A stretch of 64,000 bases of DNA from assembly GCA_965247115.1 (NCBI GenBank), contig CBDFGR010000003.1, forward strand, positions 320,001 to 384,000, read 5' to 3'. Position 1 is the first letter of the stretch; every line of letters starts with the position of its first letter. This DNA is from Myxococcota bacterium. GTDB lineage: Bacteria; Myxococcota_A; UBA9160; SZUA-336. This document shows positions 9,565-17,958 of the stretch, in pieces. A program made the position numbers and the translations under genes. The notes beneath the pieces were generated by a model. The model was not told where the DNA came from, searched no databases, and saw nothing but the letters and a program-made list of their open reading frames with translations.

Positions 9565-9705
9565 CAGAGGGGCGTGCAGTCTGATCGGACGTGGCGTGTC
9601 CCGAGCACCACGAGATTCTCCACCGACCGAGCCCTCAGGCGCAAATGCCGTAGCTGCACGCGGTCGTGCTACGCTGGGCGCGCCCAGTCCATGGAGGTCC
9701 CGGCG

Positions 9706-10385
9706 ATGCTGACTCTGCCGGAGGAGATCCTGCTGCTCGTCCTCGACGACGAGACAGGACGCTTCGCAAACCCGATCGCGGGAATGCAACCGGGCGCCGG
9801 AGCCGGACCGCTGAGTCGATCCTTCGCCCTCGCGGGCGCGGTGCTGATGGAGCTGGCTCTGCGCTCGAAGATCGATACGGACCCGGAGCAGCTGGTGCTC
9901 GTGGATGCTGAACCGACGGGCGATGCGCTCCTGGACCACTACCTGGCCCGGATCGCCGAGGGCAAGACGAAGGATGCGCGGGCCTGGGTTTTCGACCTGT
10001 CCCAGGACGGCGCCGCGATTGAGGAGACGGCTCTGGATCGGCTGGTGGAGCGAGGCATCCTGCGCCGAGTCGAGAAGCGAGTCCTGTGGTATTCAAGACC
10101 CGGCGCTACCCCATGGTCGACGGGGTGGAGGAGCGCGAGGTCAGAACGCGCATCCTGGAGCTGCTGAAGGGAGACGAGATCCCGTCTCCCCACGATGTGG
10201 TGCTCGTGAGCCTGGCGGACGCCTGCACGCTCTTTGTGGAGATCCTGGGTGACGATGAAGCGCAGCGCCTGGCACCGCGCATTCGCCAGATCGGACAGCT
10301 CGATCTGATCGGCCAGGCCGTGGCCCGCTCGTTGGACTCGTTGCGGCTCGAGCTCGCCAAGGCCATGACAATCCGGTACGTCTGA
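9706..10385 (+). CDS. GOLPH3/Vps74 (GPP34)-family protein, frameshifted near 10087
   Basis: GGAGG RBS, MLTLPEEILLLVLDDETG, ALAGAVLMELAL, PTGDALLD, LVERGILRRVEKRVLW; continues in another frame VFKTRRYP...DLIGQAV. One extra G at ctgtggtattc would restore a single ORF. Confidence 0.8.
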
Positions 10386-10418
10386 CCACGCCCGAACCGG
10401 GCGCGCGCGAGGGCCTGA

Positions 10419-10754
10419 ATGGAGACGAAGGAAGCGCGGATCAAGTCGACCCTGGTGATGGTGTTGAGCGGTCGCCTCGACGCGAACAGCGCGGACGCCT
10501 TCCAGGAGCAGCTGCTCCGCAACATTGAGTCGGGAGAGATGTCGATCCTTCTCGACCTCGTGGACCTCGAATACGTGAGCAGCGCCGGATTGCGAGTGCT
10601 GCTCGTGGGCGCGCGTCGACTCCAGGAGAAGGGAGGACGGCTTGGCGCGAGCTCGGCTCAGGGCGAGGTTCGGGAAGTCCTGCAGATGACGGGCTTCGAC
10701 AACTTCGTGGTGGTGTACGCCGATCGCGAGACGGCCCTCGCGGATCTCGGCTAA
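10419..10754 (+). CDS. STAS anti-sigma-factor antagonist (RsbV/SpoIIAA-like)
   Basis: LSGRLDA, LDLVDLEYVSSAGLRVL, VREVLQMTGF. Confidence 0.93.
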   Translation: METKEARIKSTLVMVLSGRLDANSADAFQEQLLRNIESGEMSILLDLVDLEYVSSAGLRVLLVGARRLQEKGGRLGASSAQGEVREVLQMTGFDNFVVVYADRETALADLG

Positions 10755-10836
10755 GGCAGGCGGCTCCGGATTCCTGAGTCGCCGCTGAGAGCAGATCCAC
10801 AGCGCCTGGAGTAGGCTGGTTGCTAGAGGAGGCGCT

Positions 10837-12132
10837 ATGGCGGATCTGGATGCCGCTACGATCGAATACGGTGACGCCTTTGCGCTGATTGCCGAGATGG
10901 CGCGTGGCTTTGCGGAGGCGCGGAACTTCGACGGCGTACTGGAGCGCGCCCTGGGCTCGATCGCGTCCCACGTGGGCGCAGAGGCGGGCTCGCTCTGGAT
11001 CCTGGACGACGGGGTGGGCGAACTGGTCTGCAATACCTGCGTGGGCCCGAACCCGATCGTCGGCACGCGGCTTCCCGCGTCCGAGGGCATCGTTGGAAAG
11101 AGCGTACGCGAGAAGACCTGCCAGACGGTCTTCGACGTCTCGCAGGACCCGGACTTTTCGGGAAAGGCGGACGAGGCTTCGGGACTGGTGACCCGCTCGA
11201 TCCTGTGCGCGCCGATGAGCTTCTCGGACCAGGTGGTCGGCGCGGTGGAGCTGATCAACAAGCGAGCCGGGGACGGCCACTTCACCGAGCGCGACGCCGA
11301 GGTGCTCCAGATCCTGGCGTCGTCGGCGGGGCTCGCGATCTCCAATCAACGCCTGGCGGCAGCTCAGGTCGAGAGCGAAACCGCCCGCCGGGAGCTCGAG
11401 GTCGCCGCCGAGATCCAGATGAGCATGCTGCCCCGGACCTTTCCCCCCTACCCCGAACGCGGTGAGTTCGCGATCTTCGCGAGCCTGCTGCCCGCGCGCG
11501 AGGTGGGCGGCGATTTCTACGACTTCTCCCTGATGGACGACGACCGGCTCACCTTCGGAGTCGGCGACGTTTCGGGGAAGGGAACGCCCGCGGCCCTGTT
11601 CATGGCCAAGACGGCGACGCTCCTCAAGTCGCTCGCCCGGGACGATTTGTCTCCAGCGCGCATCATGGCGCGTCTGAACGACGAGCTCTCCGACCGAAAC
11701 GAATCGTGCATGTTCGTCACCCTCTTCTTCGGCGTGCTCGACCTGAAGACGGGCGAGCTGGTCTATGCCAACGCGGGCCACAACCCGCCGGTTCTCAAAC
11801 GTTCGGACGGTCGGGTCGAATCCGTCGCCGGGCGCCACGGACCGTTGCTCGGTGCCTGGGCCGGGATGGCGTACGCCGAGGGCGCCCTCCAGCTCTCGGC
11901 CGGTGACCTGATGGTTCTCTACACCGATGGGGTAACCGAGGCGACGGATTCCGAGGGGCGGTTCTTCTCCGAGGAGCGCCTGGTGGACCTGCTCGGGTCG
12001 CGGCGCTTCGCGTCGGCCGAAGACGCCGTCCACGCGATTCGCGCGAGCGTCGAGGAGTTCGAACTGGGAACCCTCCAGACGGACGACGTCGCCGTGCTGG
12101 CGGTGCGTCTCGAGGGGGGCGGGCGCGGCTGA
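10837..12132 (+). CDS. GAF-domain SpoIIE/RsbU-type PP2C phosphatase
   Basis: GAF (EGIVG, TRSILCAP, ELINK, FTERD) then VGGDFYD, GDVSGKG, NAGH, YTDGVTEA, DDVAV. Confidence 0.95.
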   Translation: MADLDAATIEYGDAFALIAEMARGFAEARNFDGVLERALGSIASHVGAEAGSLWILDDGVGELVCNTCVGPNPIVGTRLPASEGIVGKSVREKTCQTVFDVSQDPDFSGKADEASGLVTRSILCAPMSFSDQVVGAVELINKRAGDGHFTERDAEVLQILASSAGLAISNQRLAAAQVESETARRELEVAAEIQMSMLPRTFPPYPERGEFAIFASLLPAREVGGDFYDFSLMDDDRLTFGVGDVSGKGTPAALFMAKTATLLKSLARDDLSPARIMARLNDELSDRNESCMFVTLFFGVLDLKTGELVYANAGHNPPVLKRSDGRVESVAGRHGPLLGAWAGMAYAEGALQLSAGDLMVLYTDGVTEATDSEGRFFSEERLVDLLGSRRFASAEDAVHAIRASVEEFELGTLQTDDVAVLAVRLEGGGRG

Positions 12133-12144
12133 GCCCTACCCGCT

Positions 12145-13890
12145 CTACGACAGAGGCCTGCTGTCGAGCTTGACCGAGAGGTAGGTCCGATCGTGGAACT
12201 GCTCGTGTCGGAGCTCGGTTGCCAGATGACTGAGGATTCGAAGCCCAGCGTCTTCCGCCGTGACCTGATCACGCTCGCCGAGCTCGCGGACGAGGTTCTC
12301 GATGTTCTCGGCACCGGGTCCGCTCAGGAACTCGAGCTCGAGTAGGCCGTCGACCTCTCTCGCTGAGACCGGAATCGGGCTCGGTGTGGCACGCGATGCC
12401 TCCTCCTCCTTGCCGAGGAGGAAGAGCAGGGCCTCTTCCCCCGCGAGCTGGAGCCGGTCGGTGGCGCCCTTGTCCCAGCCGAGTTTGGTGGCGAGGCGGG
12501 AGAGGAAGTCTTGCAGCTCGGGGATCGCGGCGGTTGAGGCTTCGAGCGTGATCCGATCGCGCGTGCGGTTCTTGATGGCGAGCACAGAGGTGAGCAGCAC
12601 CGCGACGAGGGTGCCCGAGGTCATGCCGTTGTCGAGCAGCGTGTGCGCCCATTCCGGAAGATGGTCAGGGAAGACGAGCTGGTTCTGAAAGGCCATGCCC
12701 AGCCAGAAGGACAGACAGACCACGAATCCATTCTCGTACGAGAGACCCCCACCGGCCGCAAGGCGCAGCCCCTGGGCGAACAGCAGCACCAGCAGGACCA
12801 GCAGGAACGCGCCGACGACTACGTCGGGGATCGACCGGAGCAAGGCCGAGATCTTGGGCAGGAAGGCGACGGACATCAGGAGCGCGCCGCCGTATACACC
12901 GACGCGCGCCGCGGCGACGCCGGTGAGCTGGACGACCGCAATGCTCGTCGAGTAGGTCGTGTTCGGAAGCGTGCCAAGGAGCCCGGAGAGCAGGTTCCCG
13001 ACTCCGTCGGCATTGATCGCGCCCTGAACGGCCTTGAAGTCGACGGGCTGCTGCGTCCGCGCCGACGCCCGCTGAATGGCGATGCCGTCGCCGAAGGTCT
13101 CGATGGCCCCGACAACGGTGACGATCATGAATGCGGGGAGTAGGGCCAGGAGCGTGGTGTCGAACGAGAGATCGAGGCCGGGCCAGCCAGCGCGGGGCAA
13201 TCCCAGCCATGAGGCCTCGCGCACCGCCGTCAGGTCGAGCAGGCCGAAGAACGAGCCCACTGCACAGCCCGCGACGACTCCACACAGGGCTCCCCAGAGC
13301 CTGGCCTGCCCGGACGAGAGCAGAGAAATAGCCAGAATCACGACGACCGTGGCACCCGCGGTGAAGGGTCCGGCGAGGGAGGTCGGCTCGATGTGCGCGG
13401 GCAGCGTCGTGACCAGGCGGAAACAAATGGGGAAGATGTCCACTGCGATCAGCATGATCACGGTGCCCCCGACGGTCGGCGTGATGATCCGGCGCAGGAG
13501 CGACAGCCGGGCAGAGAACGTGAACTGGATGAGCGAGGAAAGAACGACCAGGGTCGCCAGCAGGGGCAGGCCGCCCTCCCGGACTGCAGTCGTGGACACG
13601 GCGATGAAGGCGGCCGACGTGCCCATGAACAGGCTATATCCCGCCCCGATCGGCCCGAGCGGGCGTGCCTGGAGGATCGTCGTCAGGCCACTCACGAGGA
13701 GCGCTGCGAAGATGGCCCAACTCATGACCTGCTCGGAGCTCCCGGCTGCCTTCAGGACGATGATGGGCGTGATAACGATTCCCGCCAGGATCACCACCAC
13801 GACCTGGAAGCCCAGCGCCGCCGAGAGGAGGTGGGGCGGTCGGTCGGTCACCTCGTAGCGAAGACCAGAGGACCGGCCGGGCTCGCTCAC
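12145..13890 (-). CDS. NCS2 (xanthine/uracil-type) permease fused to a C-terminal RsbW-like domain
   Basis: NCS2 landmarks (YEVTDRPP, TILQ, ITPTVGGTVIMLI, IETFGD, INADG, PNTTYS, FLPKI) followed by ~140 aa soluble tail with RLQLAGEEAL and AGLRILSHL. Confidence 0.85.
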   Translation of the reverse strand: MSEPGRSSGLRYEVTDRPPHLLSAALGFQVVVVILAGIVITPIIVLKAAGSSEQVMSWAIFAALLVSGLTTILQARPLGPIGAGYSLFMGTSAAFIAVSTTAVREGGLPLLATLVVLSSLIQFTFSARLSLLRRIITPTVGGTVIMLIAVDIFPICFRLVTTLPAHIEPTSLAGPFTAGATVVVILAISLLSSGQARLWGALCGVVAGCAVGSFFGLLDLTAVREASWLGLPRAGWPGLDLSFDTTLLALLPAFMIVTVVGAIETFGDGIAIQRASARTQQPVDFKAVQGAINADGVGNLLSGLLGTLPNTTYSTSIAVVQLTGVAAARVGVYGGALLMSVAFLPKISALLRSIPDVVVGAFLLVLLVLLFAQGLRLAAGGGLSYENGFVVCLSFWLGMAFQNQLVFPDHLPEWAHTLLDNGMTSGTLVAVLLTSVLAIKNRTRDRITLEASTAAIPELQDFLSRLATKLGWDKGATDRLQLAGEEALLFLLGKEEEASRATPSPIPVSAREVDGLLELEFLSGPGAENIENLVRELGERDQVTAEDAGLRILSHLATELRHEQFHDRTYLSVKLDSRPLS

Positions 13891-13956
13891 GTATCCCTCT
13901 CCCTCCCCCGCTCAGGCGAACCAGCGAGTATCATACCGCCAAGAGAGGCCCGTCAT

Positions 13957-14277
13957 ATGGAGACAGAGATCGAGACCCGATCGACGGGGACCTGGATCCA
14001 CGTGAAGGGACGCCTCGACATGGCCACCGCACCCGACTTGGATCGGCAGCTGGACGCGCTGATCCACGACGGGAACCGGGACCTGGTGTTCGACCTCGGA
14101 CAGCTCGAGTACGTGAGCAGCGCGGGCCTGCGCTCGTTTCTGTCGGCAGCAAAGAAGCTCGAGCCCGACGGGGGCAGCCTGGTGTTCGTGGCGCTGCAGG
14201 AGTTCGTGCTGAAGATCTTCGAGATCTCGGGCCTGAACAAGCTGTTCCGCATCTGCGCGAGCGCGGACGAGGTCTAG
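13957..14277 (+). CDS. STAS anti-sigma-factor antagonist
   Basis: VKGRLDMATAP, FDLGQLEYVSSAGLRSF, IFEISGLNKLF. Confidence 0.92.
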   Translation: METEIETRSTGTWIHVKGRLDMATAPDLDRQLDALIHDGNRDLVFDLGQLEYVSSAGLRSFLSAAKKLEPDGGSLVFVALQEFVLKIFEISGLNKLFRICASADEV

Positions 14278-14682
14278 GGTCCGCTCTGCGTCGACCTGGA
14301 ACTATGGGTTTCGTTCCGCAAGCCGGGTAACGAAGTCAGTGAACTTGTTTTCACTCGCCTCCCCGCGTGACCACTCTTCGATCCTTGCGAGGTCCACCGA
14401 GTGCCTGCTAGCTACCGCGATCGCTTGATCTAGCGCCTGCGGATCGTCGAAGTGGAAATAGTGCGCAAGGCGATCCATTACGCACTCGGTTGGTGGGAGG
14501 ATTCGCAGGGCACCAAAGCTCGTTTCTCTCTCGGAGAACTCGGTCACTATTTCGTTCCCTACTGTGACCGGACCTGGTGGGAACTCGATCCATAGCCTTG
14601 TGTTCGGGTGCTTCCAGTGGCGTCCTGTTTCCTTCTGGAAGCCCAGCTCCTCCATAGCCAAATCAACGCGTTTGGCGAGGAC

Positions 14683-16026
14683 TGGAGTTGACCCGGTTTC
14701 GTAGACACCTTCACACTTGGGAGAAGGGGGGTCACGATGCCGAGGAGCCGATCGCCGTATTCGCCGGAGTACCGGCAGCAGATGGTCGACCTGGTGCGAG
14801 GGGGTCGGACGCCCGAGTCGCTCTCGCGGGAGTTCGAGCCAACAGCGCAGTCGATCTGGAACTGGGTCCGCCAGGCCGAGCGGGATGAAGGTACCCGCAC
14901 GGACGGCCTGACGACGGAGGAGAAGGAGGAGCTCCGGCGTCTCCGCCGCGAGGTGCGTGTGCTTCGCGAGGAGAAGGAGATCCTGAAAAAAGCCGCGGCC
15001 TGGTTCGCTCAGGAGACCGGCTCTACGCCCCGCGGGCGTTCGAGTTCGTGAGCGACCACCGGGCCGAGTTCGCCGTGAAGCGCATGTGCCACACGCTGGG
15101 GGTCTCCACCAGCGGCTACTACGCGTGGTGCCAGCGGGAGCCGTCCGCGCGATTCTGCGCGGACGAGGCGCTCGAGAGGCGGATCGTGGAGATCCATGCG
15201 GGCTCGCGAGGGACCTACGGGGTTCCGCGGATCCACGCCGAGCTCGGCGCCGACGGCGTGCGGGTGGCTCGCAAGCGGGTCTCGCGACTGATGCGCCGGG
15301 CCGGGATCGAAGGGGTCTCTCGTCGACGGCGAGCGTGGACGACGAAACGGGATCGTGACGCGCGTCCTGCCCCGGACCTCGTCGAGCGCGACTTCGGAGC
15401 ACCGGGTCCCGACCAGCTCTGGGTGGCGGACATCACGTACGTGCCGACGTGGGTCGGGTTCCTGTACCTGGCGGTCGTGGTCGATGCGTGGAGTCGACGG
15501 GTGGTCGGCTGGGCGATGGCGGACCACCTGCGCACCGAGCTCGTGCTGGACGCGCTCAACATGGCGCTAGGGCAGCGGCGGGCCACCGCTGTGATCCACC
15601 ACTCGGACCAGGGCTGCCAGTACACCTCGATCGCGTTCGGGCTGCGGTGTCGCGAAGCGGGAGTCCAGCCGTCGATGGGATCGGTGGGCGACTGCTACGA
15701 CAACGCGCTGGCCGAGAGCTTCTTCGCCACGCTCGAGTGCGAGCTGCTCGATCGCGTCCGCTTCCGCAGCCAGAGCGAGGCGAGGATCGCGATCTTCGAC
15801 TTCATCGAAGGCTTCTACAATCCTCGACGGAGACACTCGGCACTCGGCTATCTCTCGCCGATCGAGTTCGAACGTGCGCAGGCAGCCTGAGCCAGGCTTT
15901 GCCCGGATCGACCCCCTGCGGGGCCGAGTCTCGCAAGGACTTCAGGAAAGGAATCAGAGACAATCAACCATGAGCGCTCGGGGAGATCCCAAGCGCTCAG
16001 GTGTCCACCGAAACGGGGCAGCTCCA
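14683..16026 (+). mobile_element. IS3-family insertion sequence, 1344 bp
   Basis: TG...CA ends; 28-bp imperfect terminal inverted repeats TGGAGTTGACCCGGTTTCGTAGACACCT vs TGGAGCTGCCCCGTTTCGGTGGACACCT (22/28 match by eye); flanks GAC / GCC could be a 3-bp target duplication with one mismatch. Confidence 0.93.
14737..15890 (+). CDS. IS3 transposase OrfA (14737-15051) / OrfB (15048-15890), probable -1 programmed frameshift
   Basis: OrfA HTH plus coiled coil ending EILKKAAAWFA; A-run CTG AAA AAA GCC at 14983-14994; OrfB in the -1 frame with DDE motifs WVADITY, HHSDQG, DNALAESFF. Confidence 0.93.
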
Positions 16027-16187
16027 GCCTGCGTGAATCAGATCTAGGTCATCGGACTCGTACTCATTGTGCGAGTAGATCGAGACCGCCGCACCACCTG
16101 AAAGGACCACGGTGATGCCGTGTCTGTTTAGGGTCTCGCAGACCAGTCCCCCAAGCTCTTCTCTGCTCATCTCAGGGTGGACCTCGA

Positions 16188-16520
16188 TCACAGCGGCTTC
16201 CTCGAGCGTCTGGGACGCCTCCTCTCAGTGAAGTAGCGCTGACGCTCTTCGTCTGGGAGGACGCTGAGTGCCTTCTTGAGAAGGGTTCGCACTTCGTCAA
16301 GGAATGCGTAGCTAGGGTTCCAGGTGAAGATCCTTGTGTTGCCCTTCATGAGGCTGACAAGCACTCCGGCGCGCTCGAACCGCTCAAGTTGCCTCTGGAC
16401 CATGCTCACTGAGACTCCATCAAATTTCTCGGCGATCCCGTTTGCGTAACCCTCCCCATACTGCTCCAGATAGAGCAGTACCTTCTCGGCGGTAGGATTC
16501 CCGAAAAGTCCTTCAAGCAC
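16188..16520 (-). CDS. Winged-HTH DNA-binding protein (putative antitoxin/autorepressor)
   Basis: MLEGLFGNPTAEKVLLYL...VSVSMVQRQLERFERAGVLVS...GNTRIF; GTGA overlap with the NTase gene. Confidence 0.8.
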   Translation of the reverse strand: MLEGLFGNPTAEKVLLYLEQYGEGYANGIAEKFDGVSVSMVQRQLERFERAGVLVSLMKGNTRIFTWNPSYAFLDEVRTLLKKALSVLPDEERQRYFTERRRPRRSRKPL

Positions 16521-16547
16521 TGTTGTTTACGCTTCAGAAGTTCCTGT

Positions 16548-16610
16548 TTAACCTGATTAGTAGGTCAATTAACCTAGTTACTAGGTTAAACGGCCTGGAT
16601 TCCAGGTTAA
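16548..16610. promoter_or_regulatory. Three abutting 21-bp palindromic operator-like sites
   Basis: TTAACCTGAT-T-AGTAGGTCAA (16548-68), TTAACCTAGT-T-ACTAGGTTAA (16569-89, perfect), ACGGCCTGGA-T-TCCAGGTTAA (16590-610), just upstream of the wHTH gene. Confidence 0.78.
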
Positions 16611-16656
16611 CCCTCTAGCAAGGGCTCTGCCACCGGACCAGCAAGAAGTCGGTCAG

Positions 16657-17130
16657 CTATTTGCCTTCGACCTCGACGATGTCGGGCCGTAGGCTGGCGA
16701 TGATGGCCATGAGCTCGTTGTATTCCTTTTCCGGAACACTGAACTTGTTCAACGTGTCGACCAGGTGCTGGGCGACGATGTCGAACTCACTTGCCTTGAT
16801 GCCGAGCCCGCGGTGAGTAGTGGCCGCCGAACGACTGATGACCTTGCAGGGCCCACCGGTCACGTTACAGATCAAGTTCTTGTTCTTCTGGCGAAACCCC
16901 TCGCGCGAGTCGTCACTCATACCGAAGAAGCGAGCGCCGACAACTGGGTCCTCGAACAGCTTTCCGGCGAAGTCGTCCACGACTGCCGAGACGGCGTCGT
17001 ATCCCCCAAGGCGTTCATACAGAGTCTTGTCCTGGGCAGCGCTAGTCCAGGCAGTGAAAACACCCAGCGCAAAAAACGTGGCAACAACGGCACTTGTCAG
17101 GTTGCGATTGCGTCCAAGTCGCGAGCTCAT
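16657..17130 (-). CDS. Group I truncated (2/2) haemoglobin with signal peptide
   Basis: TLYERLGG..AVSAVVDDF, TGGPC, proximal His in THRGLGI; N-terminal signal ending SAA/QDK. Confidence 0.88.
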   Translation of the reverse strand: MSSRLGRNRNLTSAVVATFFALGVFTAWTSAAQDKTLYERLGGYDAVSAVVDDFAGKLFEDPVVGARFFGMSDDSREGFRQKNKNLICNVTGGPCKVISRSAATTHRGLGIKASEFDIVAQHLVDTLNKFSVPEKEYNELMAIIASLRPDIVEVEGK

Positions 17131-17208
17131 CGTCGATTTCTCCTTCGATTGGGTTGGCTAGAGGAGCCTTCTTCGTTCGTCTCCCTTCGGGTCTGATGCC
17201 TTAGGCTT

Positions 17209-17622
17209 CTACTCGTTACTGACCCCGCGCTTGCGCAGCGTCAGGATGTTCCTGGCGGCGCGGCGGCGGTGATCGAGCTCGTCCACGAAGCCGCGCACCA
17301 GGTGGAACCCCATCCGGCCAATCGGTCGGTCGAGGATTGGCGCGTCCGCATCCGGACTCCGCACGCTCCCGGGATCGAAGGAGCGATCGTCGTCCTCGAT
17401 CTGGATGGTGAGCCGATTCTCGTCGAGCTCGATCCGAACGAGGATCTCGTGCAGGTCGTCGTCATAGCCGTGTCGGATGAGGTTCGTGACGATCTCTTCC
17501 AGCACCAGCTGAAGCACGCGCGGGTCCCGTTCGCCCAGGTCGTGGTCCTGAACGAATGCGTCGACGGCGCGCTGGACCGGGGCCAGCTCCTCCACACGGT
17601 TGCGCAGGCGGATCGCGACCAC
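17209..17622 (-). CDS. Second, degenerate RsbW-like HATPase_c_2 protein (possible pseudogene)
   Basis: LVLEEIVTNLIRHG kept, but EDDDRSF and GRMGFHLV replace DDG and GGLG; colinear with the 4102-4527 protein; start uncertain. Confidence 0.7.
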   Translation of the reverse strand: MVAIRLRNRVEELAPVQRAVDAFVQDHDLGERDPRVLQLVLEEIVTNLIRHGYDDDLHEILVRIELDENRLTIQIEDDDRSFDPGSVRSPDADAPILDRPIGRMGFHLVRGFVDELDHRRRAARNILTLRKRGVSNE

Positions 17623-17916
17623 GTCAGCGTTCCCTAGGCAGGATCCGTGCGGTAGCCAACCCTGAAGGAACCGCGCAGTGCATCCGACTCGCTGATCCCG
17701 ACCAAGCGCTGGACTCTGCGCTTGATCTACAACTATGAGTCGGTCCGGAAACTCGGCAGACCGAATTTGACGCACGATTATTGACCGAGCGTATACTTCC
17801 CCTGAGGCGCGCGTGTCACGGATCGTCGATCGGTGGCGGTTCAGCACGCCACCCACGGAGAGGATCCATCGACTGAAGCTCGTACTGAAAAGGCGGTCCA
17901 AATTGGTAGGAAATCC

Positions 17917-17958
17917 GATTCTGGAGACACTTCATGAGATTCTGGAGACACTTCATGA
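17917..17958 (+). repeat. Perfect 21-bp tandem duplication covering RBS and start codon
   Basis: GATTCTGGAGACACTTCATGA occurs twice back to back. Confidence 0.95.

Larger units (their letters stand above)
14302..16191 (-). pseudogene. Pol-beta-like nucleotidyltransferase gene split by IS3 (16191-16027 plus 14682-14302)
   Basis: N-part VVLSGGAAVSIYSHNEYESDDLDL; C-part VLAKRVDLAMEELGF...IEFPPGP...MDRLAHY. The halves join in frame (55 + 127 codons) once the IS is removed. Confidence 0.8.

Noticed and set aside
7450..9705. 905-aa plus-strand ORF as a real protein
   Set aside because: Mostly the antisense shadow of the binding-protein gene; only the part from 9706 (GPP34) looks real.
9939..12033. 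Long minus-strand ORFs of 468 and 530 aa
   Set aside because: Antisense to clear STAS and PP2C genes, no motifs; expected in high-GC DNA. The same applies to most other overlapping ORFs in the track.
16548..16610. Mini CRISPR array
   Set aside because: Repeats abut with no spacers and no cas genes are nearby; fits an operator better.
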